Source: Actinomycetota bacterium
GTDB taxonomy: Bacteria > Actinomycetota > UBA4738 > JACQTL01
NCBI GenBank assembly: GCA_045805265.1
Contig: JBJMLO010000008.1
Coordinates: 195,161-259,160, forward strand
DNA length: 64,000 nucleotides
Direction: 5' to 3'
Below the pieces are notes generated by a model. The model had not been told where the DNA came from and did no database searches. It worked only from the letters and a program-made list of their open reading frames with translations. The translations under genes and the position numbers were made by a program. Shown piece by piece: positions 38,196 through 47,198 of this stretch (positions within the stretch are counted from its first letter, which is position 1; every line of letters starts with the position of its first letter).

Positions 38196-38330
38196 TCGAT
38201 TCGACCAGGAGCCTTCCAGGTCGACGAGCGCCGCAGGGGCGCAGTCCGATGGACGGCGGGGACGGGCGTCGGGGCCGGGCTCGCCCTTGTAGCATGGTGG
38301 GTCCACCCACGATTCGAGAGCAGACCGAGC

Positions 38331-39332
38331 ATGGCCAAGAAGAAAAGCAAGAAACGGGGCTGGAGCGGCGCCCCGCCCGCGCGCCCGTCAGGCGCCTCCC
38401 GGCCTCCCACCGCCGGCGGGTCCAGGCCGGCCCCGGCCGCGTCCGCCACCCCTGGCGGGGTGAAGACCGAGGACGGGACCGCGCCGGAGACGGCGACGGT
38501 GGCCCCGTCCCAGGCCCGCCCCGCGGCCAAGCGGGCCTCGGCCCGCCCGGCCCCCCAGCCGACGTCCAACCGGACCGTCCGGAAGGAGGAGGCCCGCCGC
38601 CAGCGCGAGATGCTCCGCCGCAAGGCGGCCCGCCAGCGGAGGATGCGGCGGTACGGGATCATCGCCGGCGGCGTCGTGGCCGTGGGCGTCGTGGCCTCGC
38701 TGATCGTGATCTCCAGCTCGGGCGGCGGACTCAAGCACGTCGACCCGCGGAGCCTGCCCGGGATCACCGAGGAGAAGGCCCCATGGCAGCCGGACACGGC
38801 CCAGCTCTCCCAGCGCATCGCGAAGATGGGCCTCCCCCCGCTGGGTTCGGAGCAGCTCGCCTACCACATCCACCAGAACCTGGCCGTATACGTGAACGGG
38901 ACGCTCGAGCCGGTCCCGACCGGCCTGGGAGCCATCTCCAGCAATGCGCTCGCGGAGATCCACACGCACGACAACAGCGGGACGATCCACGTCGAGGCCG
39001 GCGCCACCCGGCACTTCACGCTCGGCGACGTCTTCGACGTGTGGGGGGTGCTGTTCACTCCCAACCAGATCGGCGCGTACAAGAACCACGGGGACACACG
39101 CATCCGGGTGTTCGTGAACGGGAAGCCGTACCGCGGGGACCCGACCCAGGTGCCGCTTCGTGACAAAGAGGTCATCGTGGTGACGTACGGCACCCCGGCG
39201 CAGATCCCGAACCCGATCCCGTCCGTCTTCCACTACGGCGCCCCACCGACCGTGGCGAAGGCGAAGCCGACCCCGACCGGTTCCGCGGCCGCGTCCTCGC
39301 CGAGCGCCGCCCCCAGCGCCTCGCCCTCGTAG
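38331..39332 (+). CDS. membrane-anchored protein of unknown function (disordered basic/Pro-rich N-terminus, one TM, extracytoplasmic domain)
   Basis: 333 aa. MAKKKSKKRG... is followed by a low-complexity region and TM YGIIAGGVVAVGVVASLIVI. The domain then carries HIHQNLAVYVNG...EIHTHDNSGTIHVE. Confidence 0.65.
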   Translation: MAKKKSKKRGWSGAPPARPSGASRPPTAGGSRPAPAASATPGGVKTEDGTAPETATVAPSQARPAAKRASARPAPQPTSNRTVRKEEARRQREMLRRKAARQRRMRRYGIIAGGVVAVGVVASLIVISSSGGGLKHVDPRSLPGITEEKAPWQPDTAQLSQRIAKMGLPPLGSEQLAYHIHQNLAVYVNGTLEPVPTGLGAISSNALAEIHTHDNSGTIHVEAGATRHFTLGDVFDVWGVLFTPNQIGAYKNHGDTRIRVFVNGKPYRGDPTQVPLRDKEVIVVTYGTPAQIPNPIPSVFHYGAPPTVAKAKPTPTGSAAASSPSAAPSASPS

Positions 39333-39360
39333 CCGGCCGGCCGCGACCCGGGGGCGCGAA

Positions 39361-40320
39361 TCAGAGCAGTGGGTCGAGCGCGGTCTCGATCATGTCCGCC
39401 GTGGCCGGCCCCAGGAACCGGGCCCGGATCGTTCCCGTGCGGTCGATGACGATCACCCACGGCTCGGTCCGGAACCCCCACTCGACGAACGGCTTGGACG
39501 GCTTCGACACGTCCTGGGTCGGGAACTCCTCCACGTGGATGAAGTTGGCCCTCTGCTTCCCGACCTTCTCGAACACGAGGATCTGCTCGTCGACCACCGG
39601 ACCGCACAGCTGGCTCTCGCAGAGCAACGGCGTGGCGAAGCTCACCACGGTCGGCTTGCCGTTCGCCAGGGCCCGGTCGAGGGAGATGTAGTGCATGTGA
39701 TCGGGTGGCCGGCGCGTGCAGATCTTGTCGAGCTGCGCCGTGGTCGTGGCCACCGGGGTCGGGACCGAGAGGGCCTTGGACCCGACCTTGGCGATGACGT
39801 CGTCGGCGACGACGGCGTGCCCCACCCCGACGCCCCGGCTGGTCCCCGACTTGGCGACGGCCGCCACGGTCCACTGTCCAGGCGAGGGGATGTCGATCTC
39901 CGCCCAGTAGATGCCCGGGATCTGCGTCTTCGGTGAGGTGTCGCCGGTCTTGGCATAGCCGGTGAACAGGCTCCACCGGGCGGGGAACGGCCCACCGGCC
40001 CTGCCGTTCTCGTCCTTCGCGACGAACACCATCGGGGTTCCCCCCTGCAGCAACGACGTCGGCCCGGACGACAGGTCGAAGATGTAGAAGCTCTTCCCGG
40101 TCTGGATCGCGTCGTCCTCGCTGTCGCCGAGGCCGGTCAGGAGCGACAGCTGCTTCGCGCCCTGCAGCAGGGCGCGAATGGTGCCGAGGCTCGCGGGCGG
40201 GGGGGTCGGTCCGACGTGACCCCCCGTGCACGCCGCCGCCAGCGCGGCCAGGCCGCCCAGGCCCGCGGCGCGGAGCATCGCCCGCCGGGACAGCATCCGG
40301 TTCCAGAGCTCTTCGGTCAT
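39361..40320 (-). CDS. TAT-exported lipoprotein with C-terminal thioredoxin-fold (TlpA/Sco-like) domain
   Basis: ATG 40320 gives MTEELWNRMLSRRAMLRAAGLGGLAALAAACTGG, a twin-arginine motif plus lipobox. The C-terminal part is KPTVVSFATPLLCESQLCGPVVDE...WVIVIDRTGTIRARF. Confidence 0.7.
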   Translation of the reverse strand: MTEELWNRMLSRRAMLRAAGLGGLAALAAACTGGHVGPTPPPASLGTIRALLQGAKQLSLLTGLGDSEDDAIQTGKSFYIFDLSSGPTSLLQGGTPMVFVAKDENGRAGGPFPARWSLFTGYAKTGDTSPKTQIPGIYWAEIDIPSPGQWTVAAVAKSGTSRGVGVGHAVVADDVIAKVGSKALSVPTPVATTTAQLDKICTRRPPDHMHYISLDRALANGKPTVVSFATPLLCESQLCGPVVDEQILVFEKVGKQRANFIHVEEFPTQDVSKPSKPFVEWGFRTEPWVIVIDRTGTIRARFLGPATADMIETALDPLL

Positions 40321-40499
40321 CGGGACCTCGCGTGCTCCATCCGGCCGCGCCGCGCCCCATCGTCGCGGGGACACTCGGTTCGCGGCCGGGCCCGTCACGG
40401 TAACGCTTCCACTACGGATTCGCGGAAGGGACCATCGTGCTCACGGCAGGTGCCGCCCCCCCTCCGAGATGGGGCAGGGGGCGATATCCTCACCGGACG

Positions 40500-41081
40500 A
40501 TGCGCGGACGGCGTGCCTTCGGCGGCCTCCCCGTGTTCGCCATGGCCGCGGGCGGCGTCGTCGCGGGGCACACGATCGCCTACCGGCTGGCCCTCCCCGA
40601 CGTCCATCTCCGGCACCACGTGATGCTCACGACCGGGCACGGGCACTGGCTGCTCGTGGTGAAGCTCGGCGTGGCGTTCGCGCTGGCGGGCGTCGCCACG
40701 GTCGTGGCCCGGTTCGCCGGCCGGACCCCGCCCCAGGGCGGATCGGCGGCCCTGTCGTGGACCATCTGCAGACTGGCGGTGGTCCAGGCCGTCGCGTTCA
40801 CTGGGATGGAGGCCGTCGAGCGCCTCGGCAGCGGCGTGCCGGTGGCCGGGATGTTCGCCCATCACCTCTTCGCCCTCGGGCTCGCCTGCCAGTTCCTGGT
40901 GGCCTGCGCCGGCGGCGCGTTCCTGTACTGGCTGTCACGGGCCGTCCGGCGCTTCGCCGAGGTCGTCCGCGCGCTCCCGCACGTCGCGGCAAGCCCGAGC
41001 GGCGTGGTCCGCCCGGCGGCCTTCCGGCGCTCCACGGCGCCGTCCCTTCACGCGGTCCCCATCCGCGGTCCCCCTCGCTGA
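40500..41081 (+). CDS. His-rich integral membrane protein, unknown function
   Basis: ATG 40500 gives MRGRRAFGG.... There are 4-5 hydrophobic segments and His clusters (GHTIAY, HLRHHVMLTTGHGHW, FAHHLF). It is the first gene of the plus-strand copper-type operon. Confidence 0.55.
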   Translation: MRGRRAFGGLPVFAMAAGGVVAGHTIAYRLALPDVHLRHHVMLTTGHGHWLLVVKLGVAFALAGVATVVARFAGRTPPQGGSAALSWTICRLAVVQAVAFTGMEAVERLGSGVPVAGMFAHHLFALGLACQFLVACAGGAFLYWLSRAVRRFAEVVRALPHVAASPSGVVRPAAFRRSTAPSLHAVPIRGPPR

Positions 41082-41171
41082 GCTCGCACCACCCGACCCC
41101 GCACCGCGCCCTCCCGGGGCCACGGCGGGCGTGGGGCGGCGTTCGATCCATCGAGCGAAACGAGGAGCAAC

Positions 41172-41903
41172 ATGCGAACCAGGCGAATCGCAGGGGGCGG
41201 CGCCGCCGTTCTCGTGCTGTCGGTCGCGCTGGTCCTGGTGCCGGCGGGCGTCGCATCCGCCCACGAGGAGCGCGACGTCGGCCCGTATGCCGTAGCCGTC
41301 GGGTTCGGCGACGAGCCCGCCTACGCCGGAATCGAGAACAGCGTGCAGATGTTCATCCACACCAAGAAGGACAAGCCCGTGGTGGACCTCGGGCCGACCC
41401 TGAACGTTCAGGTCTCGTACGGGAACCGGACCATGGGCAAGCTGACCATGGAGCCGGACTTCGAGGTGGGCGAGTTCGGGATCCCCGGTGACTACCGGGC
41501 CTTCTTCGTACCGACGAGGCCGGGGGACTACACGTTCCACTTCACCGGGACGATCAAGGGGACTCCGGTGAACGAGTCGTTCGCCTCCGGGCCCACGACG
41601 TTCTCGAGCGTGGACGACCCCTCGAGCGTCGAGTTCCCGGTGAAGGACCCCACGGCCGGCGAGCTGGGGGATGCGGTGCGGCGGCTGCAGCCCCGGGTCG
41701 ACGGCGCGGTGGCCGCCCAGCAGCGGCTGACGACCGAGAACCGCGCGCTGCGGGACGACGCCGACTCGGCGAAGTCGCTCGCGACGGTCGCCCTGATCGT
41801 GGGCGCCGCCCTGGGCTTGATCGGCATCGGGGTCGGGCTGGCCGGCCTGGCTGCCGGCCGGCGTGCCCGGCGAGGGCCGGCGCCCGACGCCGCGAGGGGG
41901 TAG
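41172..41903 (+). CDS. secreted, C-terminally membrane-anchored protein (possible metal-binding)
   Basis: The signal peptide ends ...GVASA|HEERD, so a His would be the mature N-terminus. A beta-rich domain, a coiled segment and the C-terminal TM VALIVGAALGLIGIGVGLAGLAA follow. Confidence 0.6.
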   Translation: MRTRRIAGGGAAVLVLSVALVLVPAGVASAHEERDVGPYAVAVGFGDEPAYAGIENSVQMFIHTKKDKPVVDLGPTLNVQVSYGNRTMGKLTMEPDFEVGEFGIPGDYRAFFVPTRPGDYTFHFTGTIKGTPVNESFASGPTTFSSVDDPSSVEFPVKDPTAGELGDAVRRLQPRVDGAVAAQQRLTTENRALRDDADSAKSLATVALIVGAALGLIGIGVGLAGLAAGRRARRGPAPDAARG

Positions 41904-41911
41904 GAACAACC

Positions 41912-43888
41912 GTGCGACGGGCCGGCGTCCTCGCGCTGATCGTCGGCGCGCTGGTGGCGCTGTCGGCGTGGCCGGCGTCGGCGCACGCCCTCGTGCGTTC
42001 CTCCGACCCGGCCGACGGCGAGGTGCTGCAGGAATCGCCCCCCCGTGTCGTGATCGAGTTCACCGAGCGCCCGGACGTGGGGCTCACGGTGCTGCACGTC
42101 CTGAACAGCGCGGGCTCGCCGGTCGAGCGGGGGAAGCCCCAGGCGGTCCCGGGACAGTCGAAGTCCGTCCAGGTCGCGGTGCCGTCGTTGCCCAAGGGGG
42201 TGTACACGGTGACCTGGCGGACGGTCTCCCGCGACGACGGGCACGTCACCGCGGGGTCCTTCTCGTTCGGGATCGGAGTGAAACCGACCGCCGGCGCGGG
42301 CCGCGGGATCACGGTACCCACGACGCCCTCCCCCACCCCGGTGGGCGTGATCGGTCGCGCCCTCTTCTACTGGGGGCTGGCGCTCCTGGTGGGGGCCGCG
42401 GTCGCAGGCTGCCTGGTCCGGCGGGGCTGGCCACGGGGGATGCAGGCCCTGCTGGTCGGCGCGTGGTTCCTGGCGGAGATCGGGCTGGTGCTGATGGTGC
42501 TGGCAGAGCGCTCGGCCATCGGTGTCTCGCTGGGAACCCTGCTGTCCTCCGACGCCGGGCACCAGTACCTGGACCGGGGCGTGGCAGTGTTGATCACCGG
42601 CGGCGCCGTCGGCTTCGCGGTGTTCCGGCCGCAGTGGACGTCGCTGCCGCCGGTGGGCATCGCGGCGGCGGCCTCGATGCTGGTCCACGCCCTCGGCGGA
42701 CACGCGGAGGCGTCGTCGCCCACCTGGTTCAACGTCGGGACGCAATGGTTCCACATGCTCGGCGCGGGCGTGTGGGTGGGGGGCCTGGGCTGGCTGCTGC
42801 TGAGCTTGCGCAGCGTCTCCGACGAGGACCGCCCCCGGTTGGTCCGGCGGTTCAGCACCTTGGCCGGGATCGGCCTCGGTGTGGTCGCCGTCACCGGGCT
42901 GTTCCGGGCGCTCGACGAGGTGGGCGGGTTCGCCAAGTGGGGACGGCTGTTCTCCACGAGCTTCGGCTGGGCGCTGGTGGTCAAGGTCGCCATCGTGGCC
43001 GTGCTGATCGCGCTGGGCGCGCGGAACCGCTACGTGAACGTCAGGGGCGTCGCGTCGGGGACGCGGCCGCCGTCCACCCTGCGCCGGACCGTGGTGGCCG
43101 AGGTCATGGTCGCCGCTGGCGTCTTCGCCGCGACCGGCGTGCTCAGCGAGCTCACCCCGGCGGCGACCCTAAGCGTCGCGCAGCAGCCCCCGCGGGCGGC
43201 CCGGCCCCTGGTGGTAACCGGGAACGACTTCGCCACGTCCGTGCGCGTCCGGCTGGCCGTCACGCCGGGGACGGTGGGGCCGAACCGGTTCGAGGCTCAT
43301 GTGGCCGACTACGACACCGGCCGGCCGGTCCACGCGACCAAGGTCAAGCTGGAGTTCTCGCTGCCGGGGAACCCCGACGTGGGCACGCCGGAGCTCGACC
43401 TGAAGGGCGGGCAGGGCGGGGTGTGGAGCGGGAGCGGCACGGTGCTGTCGATGTTCGGCCGGTGGGCGGTCGACGTCGTCGTGCAGGAGCCGACCGGGGG
43501 CGTCGACGTGCCCCTCCGCCTGGAGCCGCGGCTTCCGAAGGAGAACCTCACGACGCAGCCCGGGCAGGCAGGCCAGCCCACGGTGTTCACGATCGCGCTG
43601 CCGGGATCGTCCCAGCTGCAGACCTACATCGACCCGGGCAAGGCCGGCACGAACAGCGTCCACTTCACGTTCTTCGGGCCGTCGGGCAACGAGCTGCCGG
43701 TCGGCTCGGCGACCGCGTCGGCCCTCGCGCCGGACGGATCGACCGAGCCGCTGAAGCTCGACCGCTTCAGCGCGGGCCACTTCGTGGCCAACACCAAGCT
43801 CGACGCAGGGAAATGGCTGTTCCTGATCGACGCGACCGCGCGGTCCGGGACCGCCCTGTCCGGATACTTCCGCCAGGACATCGGATGA
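41912..43888 (+). CDS. CopC-CopD fusion copper resistance/uptake protein with C-terminal Ig-like (YtkA/FixH-like) domains
   Basis: 658 aa. The signal peptide ends ...ASA|HALVRSSDPADGEVLQESPPRVVIEFTE..VTWRTVSRDDGHVTAGSFSF (CopC). About 8 TM helices follow (CopD). Then come two beta-sandwich-like segments. Confidence 0.85.
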   Translation: MRRAGVLALIVGALVALSAWPASAHALVRSSDPADGEVLQESPPRVVIEFTERPDVGLTVLHVLNSAGSPVERGKPQAVPGQSKSVQVAVPSLPKGVYTVTWRTVSRDDGHVTAGSFSFGIGVKPTAGAGRGITVPTTPSPTPVGVIGRALFYWGLALLVGAAVAGCLVRRGWPRGMQALLVGAWFLAEIGLVLMVLAERSAIGVSLGTLLSSDAGHQYLDRGVAVLITGGAVGFAVFRPQWTSLPPVGIAAAASMLVHALGGHAEASSPTWFNVGTQWFHMLGAGVWVGGLGWLLLSLRSVSDEDRPRLVRRFSTLAGIGLGVVAVTGLFRALDEVGGFAKWGRLFSTSFGWALVVKVAIVAVLIALGARNRYVNVRGVASGTRPPSTLRRTVVAEVMVAAGVFAATGVLSELTPAATLSVAQQPPRAARPLVVTGNDFATSVRVRLAVTPGTVGPNRFEAHVADYDTGRPVHATKVKLEFSLPGNPDVGTPELDLKGGQGGVWSGSGTVLSMFGRWAVDVVVQEPTGGVDVPLRLEPRLPKENLTTQPGQAGQPTVFTIALPGSSQLQTYIDPGKAGTNSVHFTFFGPSGNELPVGSATASALAPDGSTEPLKLDRFSAGHFVANTKLDAGKWLFLIDATARSGTALSGYFRQDIG

Positions 43889-43899
43889 GGAGATCGACC

Positions 43900-44346
43900 A
43901 TGGGACGAAATCGAACGGCCGGCCCGCGCGCGCTGCTGGTGGTCGGTGTGGCGTCGCTCGCCCTCACGGCCGCCGCCTGTACCGGAGGAGGAGGGGACGG
44001 CAGCGCCAGCACCCCGCCGAGCTCCCGGCCGAGCAGCCCGGCGCAGGTCAAGATCGAGACCCCCACCAACGGCGAGACGTTCAAGGCGGGGGCGACGATC
44101 CCCGTGAAGGTACGGCTGAGCGGGGCGAGGATCGTCCGGCAGACAACGAAGCACATCACGCCCACGACCGGCCACCTGCACCTGTACGTGGACAACGCCC
44201 TAGTGAGCATGAACTACCAGACGACCAACATGTTGAAGGGAGTGAAGCCGGGGATGCACATCATGAAGGTGGAGTTCGTCGCGGCGGACCACCTCCCGTT
44301 CGAGCCGCGGGTCATCACCGCCGTGACCTTCGAGGTGACGAAGTGA
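43900..44346 (+). CDS. lipoprotein with GHLH-motif beta-sandwich domain (DUF4399-like)
   Basis: ATG 43900. The lipobox is LTAAAC. The domain reads IETPTNGETF...TGHLHLYVDNALVSM...GMHIMKVEFVAADHLPFEPRV. It is a paralog of 47199..47750. Confidence 0.7.
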   Translation: MGRNRTAGPRALLVVGVASLALTAAACTGGGGDGSASTPPSSRPSSPAQVKIETPTNGETFKAGATIPVKVRLSGARIVRQTTKHITPTTGHLHLYVDNALVSMNYQTTNMLKGVKPGMHIMKVEFVAADHLPFEPRVITAVTFEVTK

Positions 44347-44996
44347 CGGCCCGGTCGGCGGTCCTGGCGCCGCCTCCGGCCCGATCCGTACCCGCGGAGG
44401 CGCTGGCGTGGGTCGCGGTGCCGGTCGGGGTTGCGCTGCTGATGGCGCGGATCTGGCTGCTCCGGAACGGCGGGACGGCGGCGCCGGGCATGCTCGCCAC
44501 CTTCGGGGCGCTCGCCGCGCTGTCGCTGGCGTCTCCGCAGACCCAGGCACGGGCGCCGCTGGGGACGCCACCGCCATCGCCACCGCCGGCGTCGACGCCG
44601 AGGGGCACCGCGCTCCCCCGGTGGGCGGCGCTGGCCGCCGGGTTCGGTGCGGTGGGCATCGCGGCGGTCGCCAGCACGCTCGCCGGCCCCGCCCTGCCGG
44701 CCAGGGCCACCATCGGCGCCCTGGGCTTCGTCGTCGTGGGGGCCGTGGCCGAGGAGGCCTTCTTCCGCCGGCTGGTGTACGGGCGGCTGCTCCGATGGGG
44801 CGGGGGCGGGGCCGTGGCCGTCCTGGGGTCCGCCGTGGCCTTCGGCGTGCTGCACCTGCCGCTGCACGGCACCGCCTCCTTCCCGGTCGACCTCGGCGCC
44901 GGGGTGGTGCTGTCCTGGCAGCGGTGGGCGTCCGGGAGCTGGGGCGTCCCGGCGGCCACCCACGCGTTCGCCAACGTCCTGGCGGTGATCCGGTGA
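44343..44996 (+). CDS. CPBP family intramembrane glutamic endopeptidase (CAAX/Abi type)
   Basis: GTG 44343 overlaps the upstream stop. The motifs are AEEAFFRRL (EExxxR), FGVLH (FxxxH) and THAFANV (HxxxN). Confidence 0.8.
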   Translation: MTARSAVLAPPPARSVPAEALAWVAVPVGVALLMARIWLLRNGGTAAPGMLATFGALAALSLASPQTQARAPLGTPPPSPPPASTPRGTALPRWAALAAGFGAVGIAAVASTLAGPALPARATIGALGFVVVGAVAEEAFFRRLVYGRLLRWGGGGAVAVLGSAVAFGVLHLPLHGTASFPVDLGAGVVLSWQRWASGSWGVPAATHAFANVLAVIR

Positions 44997-46255
44997 GGCC
45001 CCGGGCGGCGGCGCCGGCGCTGGCCGCGCTCCTCGTCGCCACCCTGGGCGTGGCCTGCGGCACCGGCGCCCGCGCCGGGGGCTCGATCGACGTCGGCGCG
45101 GTCTACCCCCTGACCGGTCCCGACCGGGCCGGCGGCCGGGACGAGCTGCGCGGCGTGCGCCTCGCCGCCGACATCGTGAACGCCGAGGGCGGAGTGCGCG
45201 GGCGGCAGATCCATCTGGAGCCCGTCGACACGCCGGGAACCGACGCCGTGCCGGGCGCCGTGCAGCGGCTCCGGGCTCGGGGCGTGCAGTTCCTCCTCGG
45301 TAGCAACGGGAGCGAGATCTCCGCCGCGGCCGGGGCCCGGGCGTTCGACAACGGCATGATGTTCTGGGAGACGGGCGCGGTCGGGGAGATGGTCGGCGAC
45401 GGACGCGGCCGGCTCGCATTCCGCGTGTCGCCGAGCGGCCTGGTCCTCGGCAGCTCCGGGATCTCGTTCATCGCCGACCAGATGGCCCCCCGCCTGCACC
45501 GGGACCCCGGCTCGCTGCGGTTCGCGGTGGTGAACGTGAACGACAACTACGGGGGCACCGTGGCCCAGGGGGCGCTCCAGGAGATCGCCAGGCGCCACCT
45601 CCGGCTCGTGGGGCGGTTCCGGTACCCGGTGTCCGGCCCGGACGCCGCGGCCCTCGTGCGTCGCATCGCGGCCGTCCACCCGGACGTGCTGTTCGTGGCC
45701 TCCTACATCCCGGACGGCGTCGCGCTGAACCGCGAGCTGGCCCGGCGGCACGTGCCGCTGGTCGCGAACATCGGCACCTCGTCGAGCTATTGCATGCCCG
45801 AGTTCGGCGAACGGCTCGGCTCGGTCGCGGTCGGCTCGTTCGCCACCGACAAACCCGACGGCGACTCGCTCAACCAGCAGGGCCTCACGCCGGGGGGCCG
45901 GGCGCTGCTCCGCCGCGCGTCGGCCGGGTATCGCGCCCGGTACCACGGCGACATGGACGCGCCGGCCCTAGCCGGGTTCTCGGCGGCGTGGGCGCTCTTC
46001 CACGACGTGATGCCGCGCGCGCCGTCCCTCACCGCGGAGTCGGTCGCCGGGGCGGCCCGGGCGGTCCGGATGCCCATGGGGAGCCTGCCGAACGGGAGCG
46101 GCCTGGACCTCTCGGGGCCGGGGACCGCCCAGCCCGGGTCGAACCTCCGGGCGCTGAGCGTGATCTGGGAGTGGGTCGGCGTGCGGCACCGGGCGGTGGT
46201 GTGGCCGCCGAGGTACGCGACGACGTCCATCCAGGCCCTGCCGCTGGAGCCCTGA
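44993..46255 (+). CDS. ABC-type substrate-binding lipoprotein, LivK/branched-chain-amino-acid-binding-like (orphan)
   Basis: GTG 44993 overlaps the upstream stop. The lipobox is LGVAC. VGAVYPLTGPDRAGGRDELRGVRLAADIVNAEGGVRGRQIHL fits the type-1 periplasmic binding protein pattern. No permease or ATPase gene is present nearby. Confidence 0.75.
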   Translation: MRPRAAAPALAALLVATLGVACGTGARAGGSIDVGAVYPLTGPDRAGGRDELRGVRLAADIVNAEGGVRGRQIHLEPVDTPGTDAVPGAVQRLRARGVQFLLGSNGSEISAAAGARAFDNGMMFWETGAVGEMVGDGRGRLAFRVSPSGLVLGSSGISFIADQMAPRLHRDPGSLRFAVVNVNDNYGGTVAQGALQEIARRHLRLVGRFRYPVSGPDAAALVRRIAAVHPDVLFVASYIPDGVALNRELARRHVPLVANIGTSSSYCMPEFGERLGSVAVGSFATDKPDGDSLNQQGLTPGGRALLRRASAGYRARYHGDMDAPALAGFSAAWALFHDVMPRAPSLTAESVAGAARAVRMPMGSLPNGSGLDLSGPGTAQPGSNLRALSVIWEWVGVRHRAVVWPPRYATTSIQALPLEP

Positions 46256-47196
46256 TGAGGCATTCGGGAACCGGGGCGGCCCCGGTGCCGGCCCCGCCCC
46301 AACGGTCGCGAAGGGCGGTGGCGGCGGCCGGGGCGCTGGCCGTCGCGGCCTACGTGGGTGGTGCCTGGCTCTCGGGGGTGCAGAGCCCGATGGCGAGGCG
46401 TCCCATCCTCGACGTGAGCGGTCCTCCCCCGCCGTACCGGTGGGTGAGCCCCCCGCCGTCGCTGGCCCGGGGCAACCAGCGCCCCGACGCCGGCGACTTC
46501 TCCATCGCCTTCACGAAGGGGAAGCTCGAGGCCGGCGTGTTCAGCACGAACGACCAGCAGGCCACGGTGGTGATGTCCCTCGGCGCGATCCAGCCGAAGG
46601 GCTCGGCGAGCTCGGTGCACCTGACCGTCCAGCCGGTCGACCCGGCGTCGGTGGGGGCCGCGCCGAGCGGATTCTCGATCCTCGGGAACCTCTACCGCGT
46701 GCAGGCGGCGTACGAGCCGGGCGGCGAGCCCGTGACGCGATTCACGAAGCACCCCCTGGTGGTGCTCGTGTACCCGCCGCTGGTCACGCGGGGGCTGGCT
46801 CGAACGGTGATGTTCTCGCCCGACGGGAGGACATGGACCCTGGTGAAGACCACGGACGACCCCTCCACGTTCCAGGCCAGCTCGACCGTGTCGCGGCTGA
46901 ACGGGTACTTCGGCGTGGTGGCCCGGGGCGCGGTCGCCTCCTCCACGCCCACGGGGGCGCCCGCCTCCGGCTCCGGCGGAGGGTCGGCCCTGCCGTGGAT
47001 CATCATCGGCGCGGCGCTGGTGATCGCCGCGGGGATGGGCATCGCCGAGCTGCGCGCCAGGGCCCACGAGCGGGAGTACGCCTCGTACCAGGGGGCCTCG
47101 CGCACCTGGACGAAGCGGGGGGGTGACGGCGGCGGGCAGCCCGGATCGCGCTCGTCGCGGCGTCGCCGGCCGCCCCCGAAGCGCCGGCGACGGTAG
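46255..47196 (+). CDS. hypothetical bitopic membrane protein
   Basis: ATG 46255 overlaps the upstream stop (TGATG). There is an N-terminal TM, an extracytoplasmic domain, the C-terminal TM ALPWIIIGAALVIAAGMGIA and a polybasic tail RRRRPPPKRRRR. Confidence 0.6.
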   Translation: MRHSGTGAAPVPAPPQRSRRAVAAAGALAVAAYVGGAWLSGVQSPMARRPILDVSGPPPPYRWVSPPPSLARGNQRPDAGDFSIAFTKGKLEAGVFSTNDQQATVVMSLGAIQPKGSASSVHLTVQPVDPASVGAAPSGFSILGNLYRVQAAYEPGGEPVTRFTKHPLVVLVYPPLVTRGLARTVMFSPDGRTWTLVKTTDDPSTFQASSTVSRLNGYFGVVARGAVASSTPTGAPASGSGGGSALPWIIIGAALVIAAGMGIAELRARAHEREYASYQGASRTWTKRGGDGGGQPGSRSSRRRRPPPKRRRR

Positions 47197-47198
47197 CG

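Noticed and set aside
41172-41903. Assignment as YcnI/DUF1775 copper-binding protein
   Set aside because: The mature N-terminus HEERDVGPY does not match the HV(S/T)V start I associate with YcnI. I kept it as a hypothetical secreted protein with a possible metal role.
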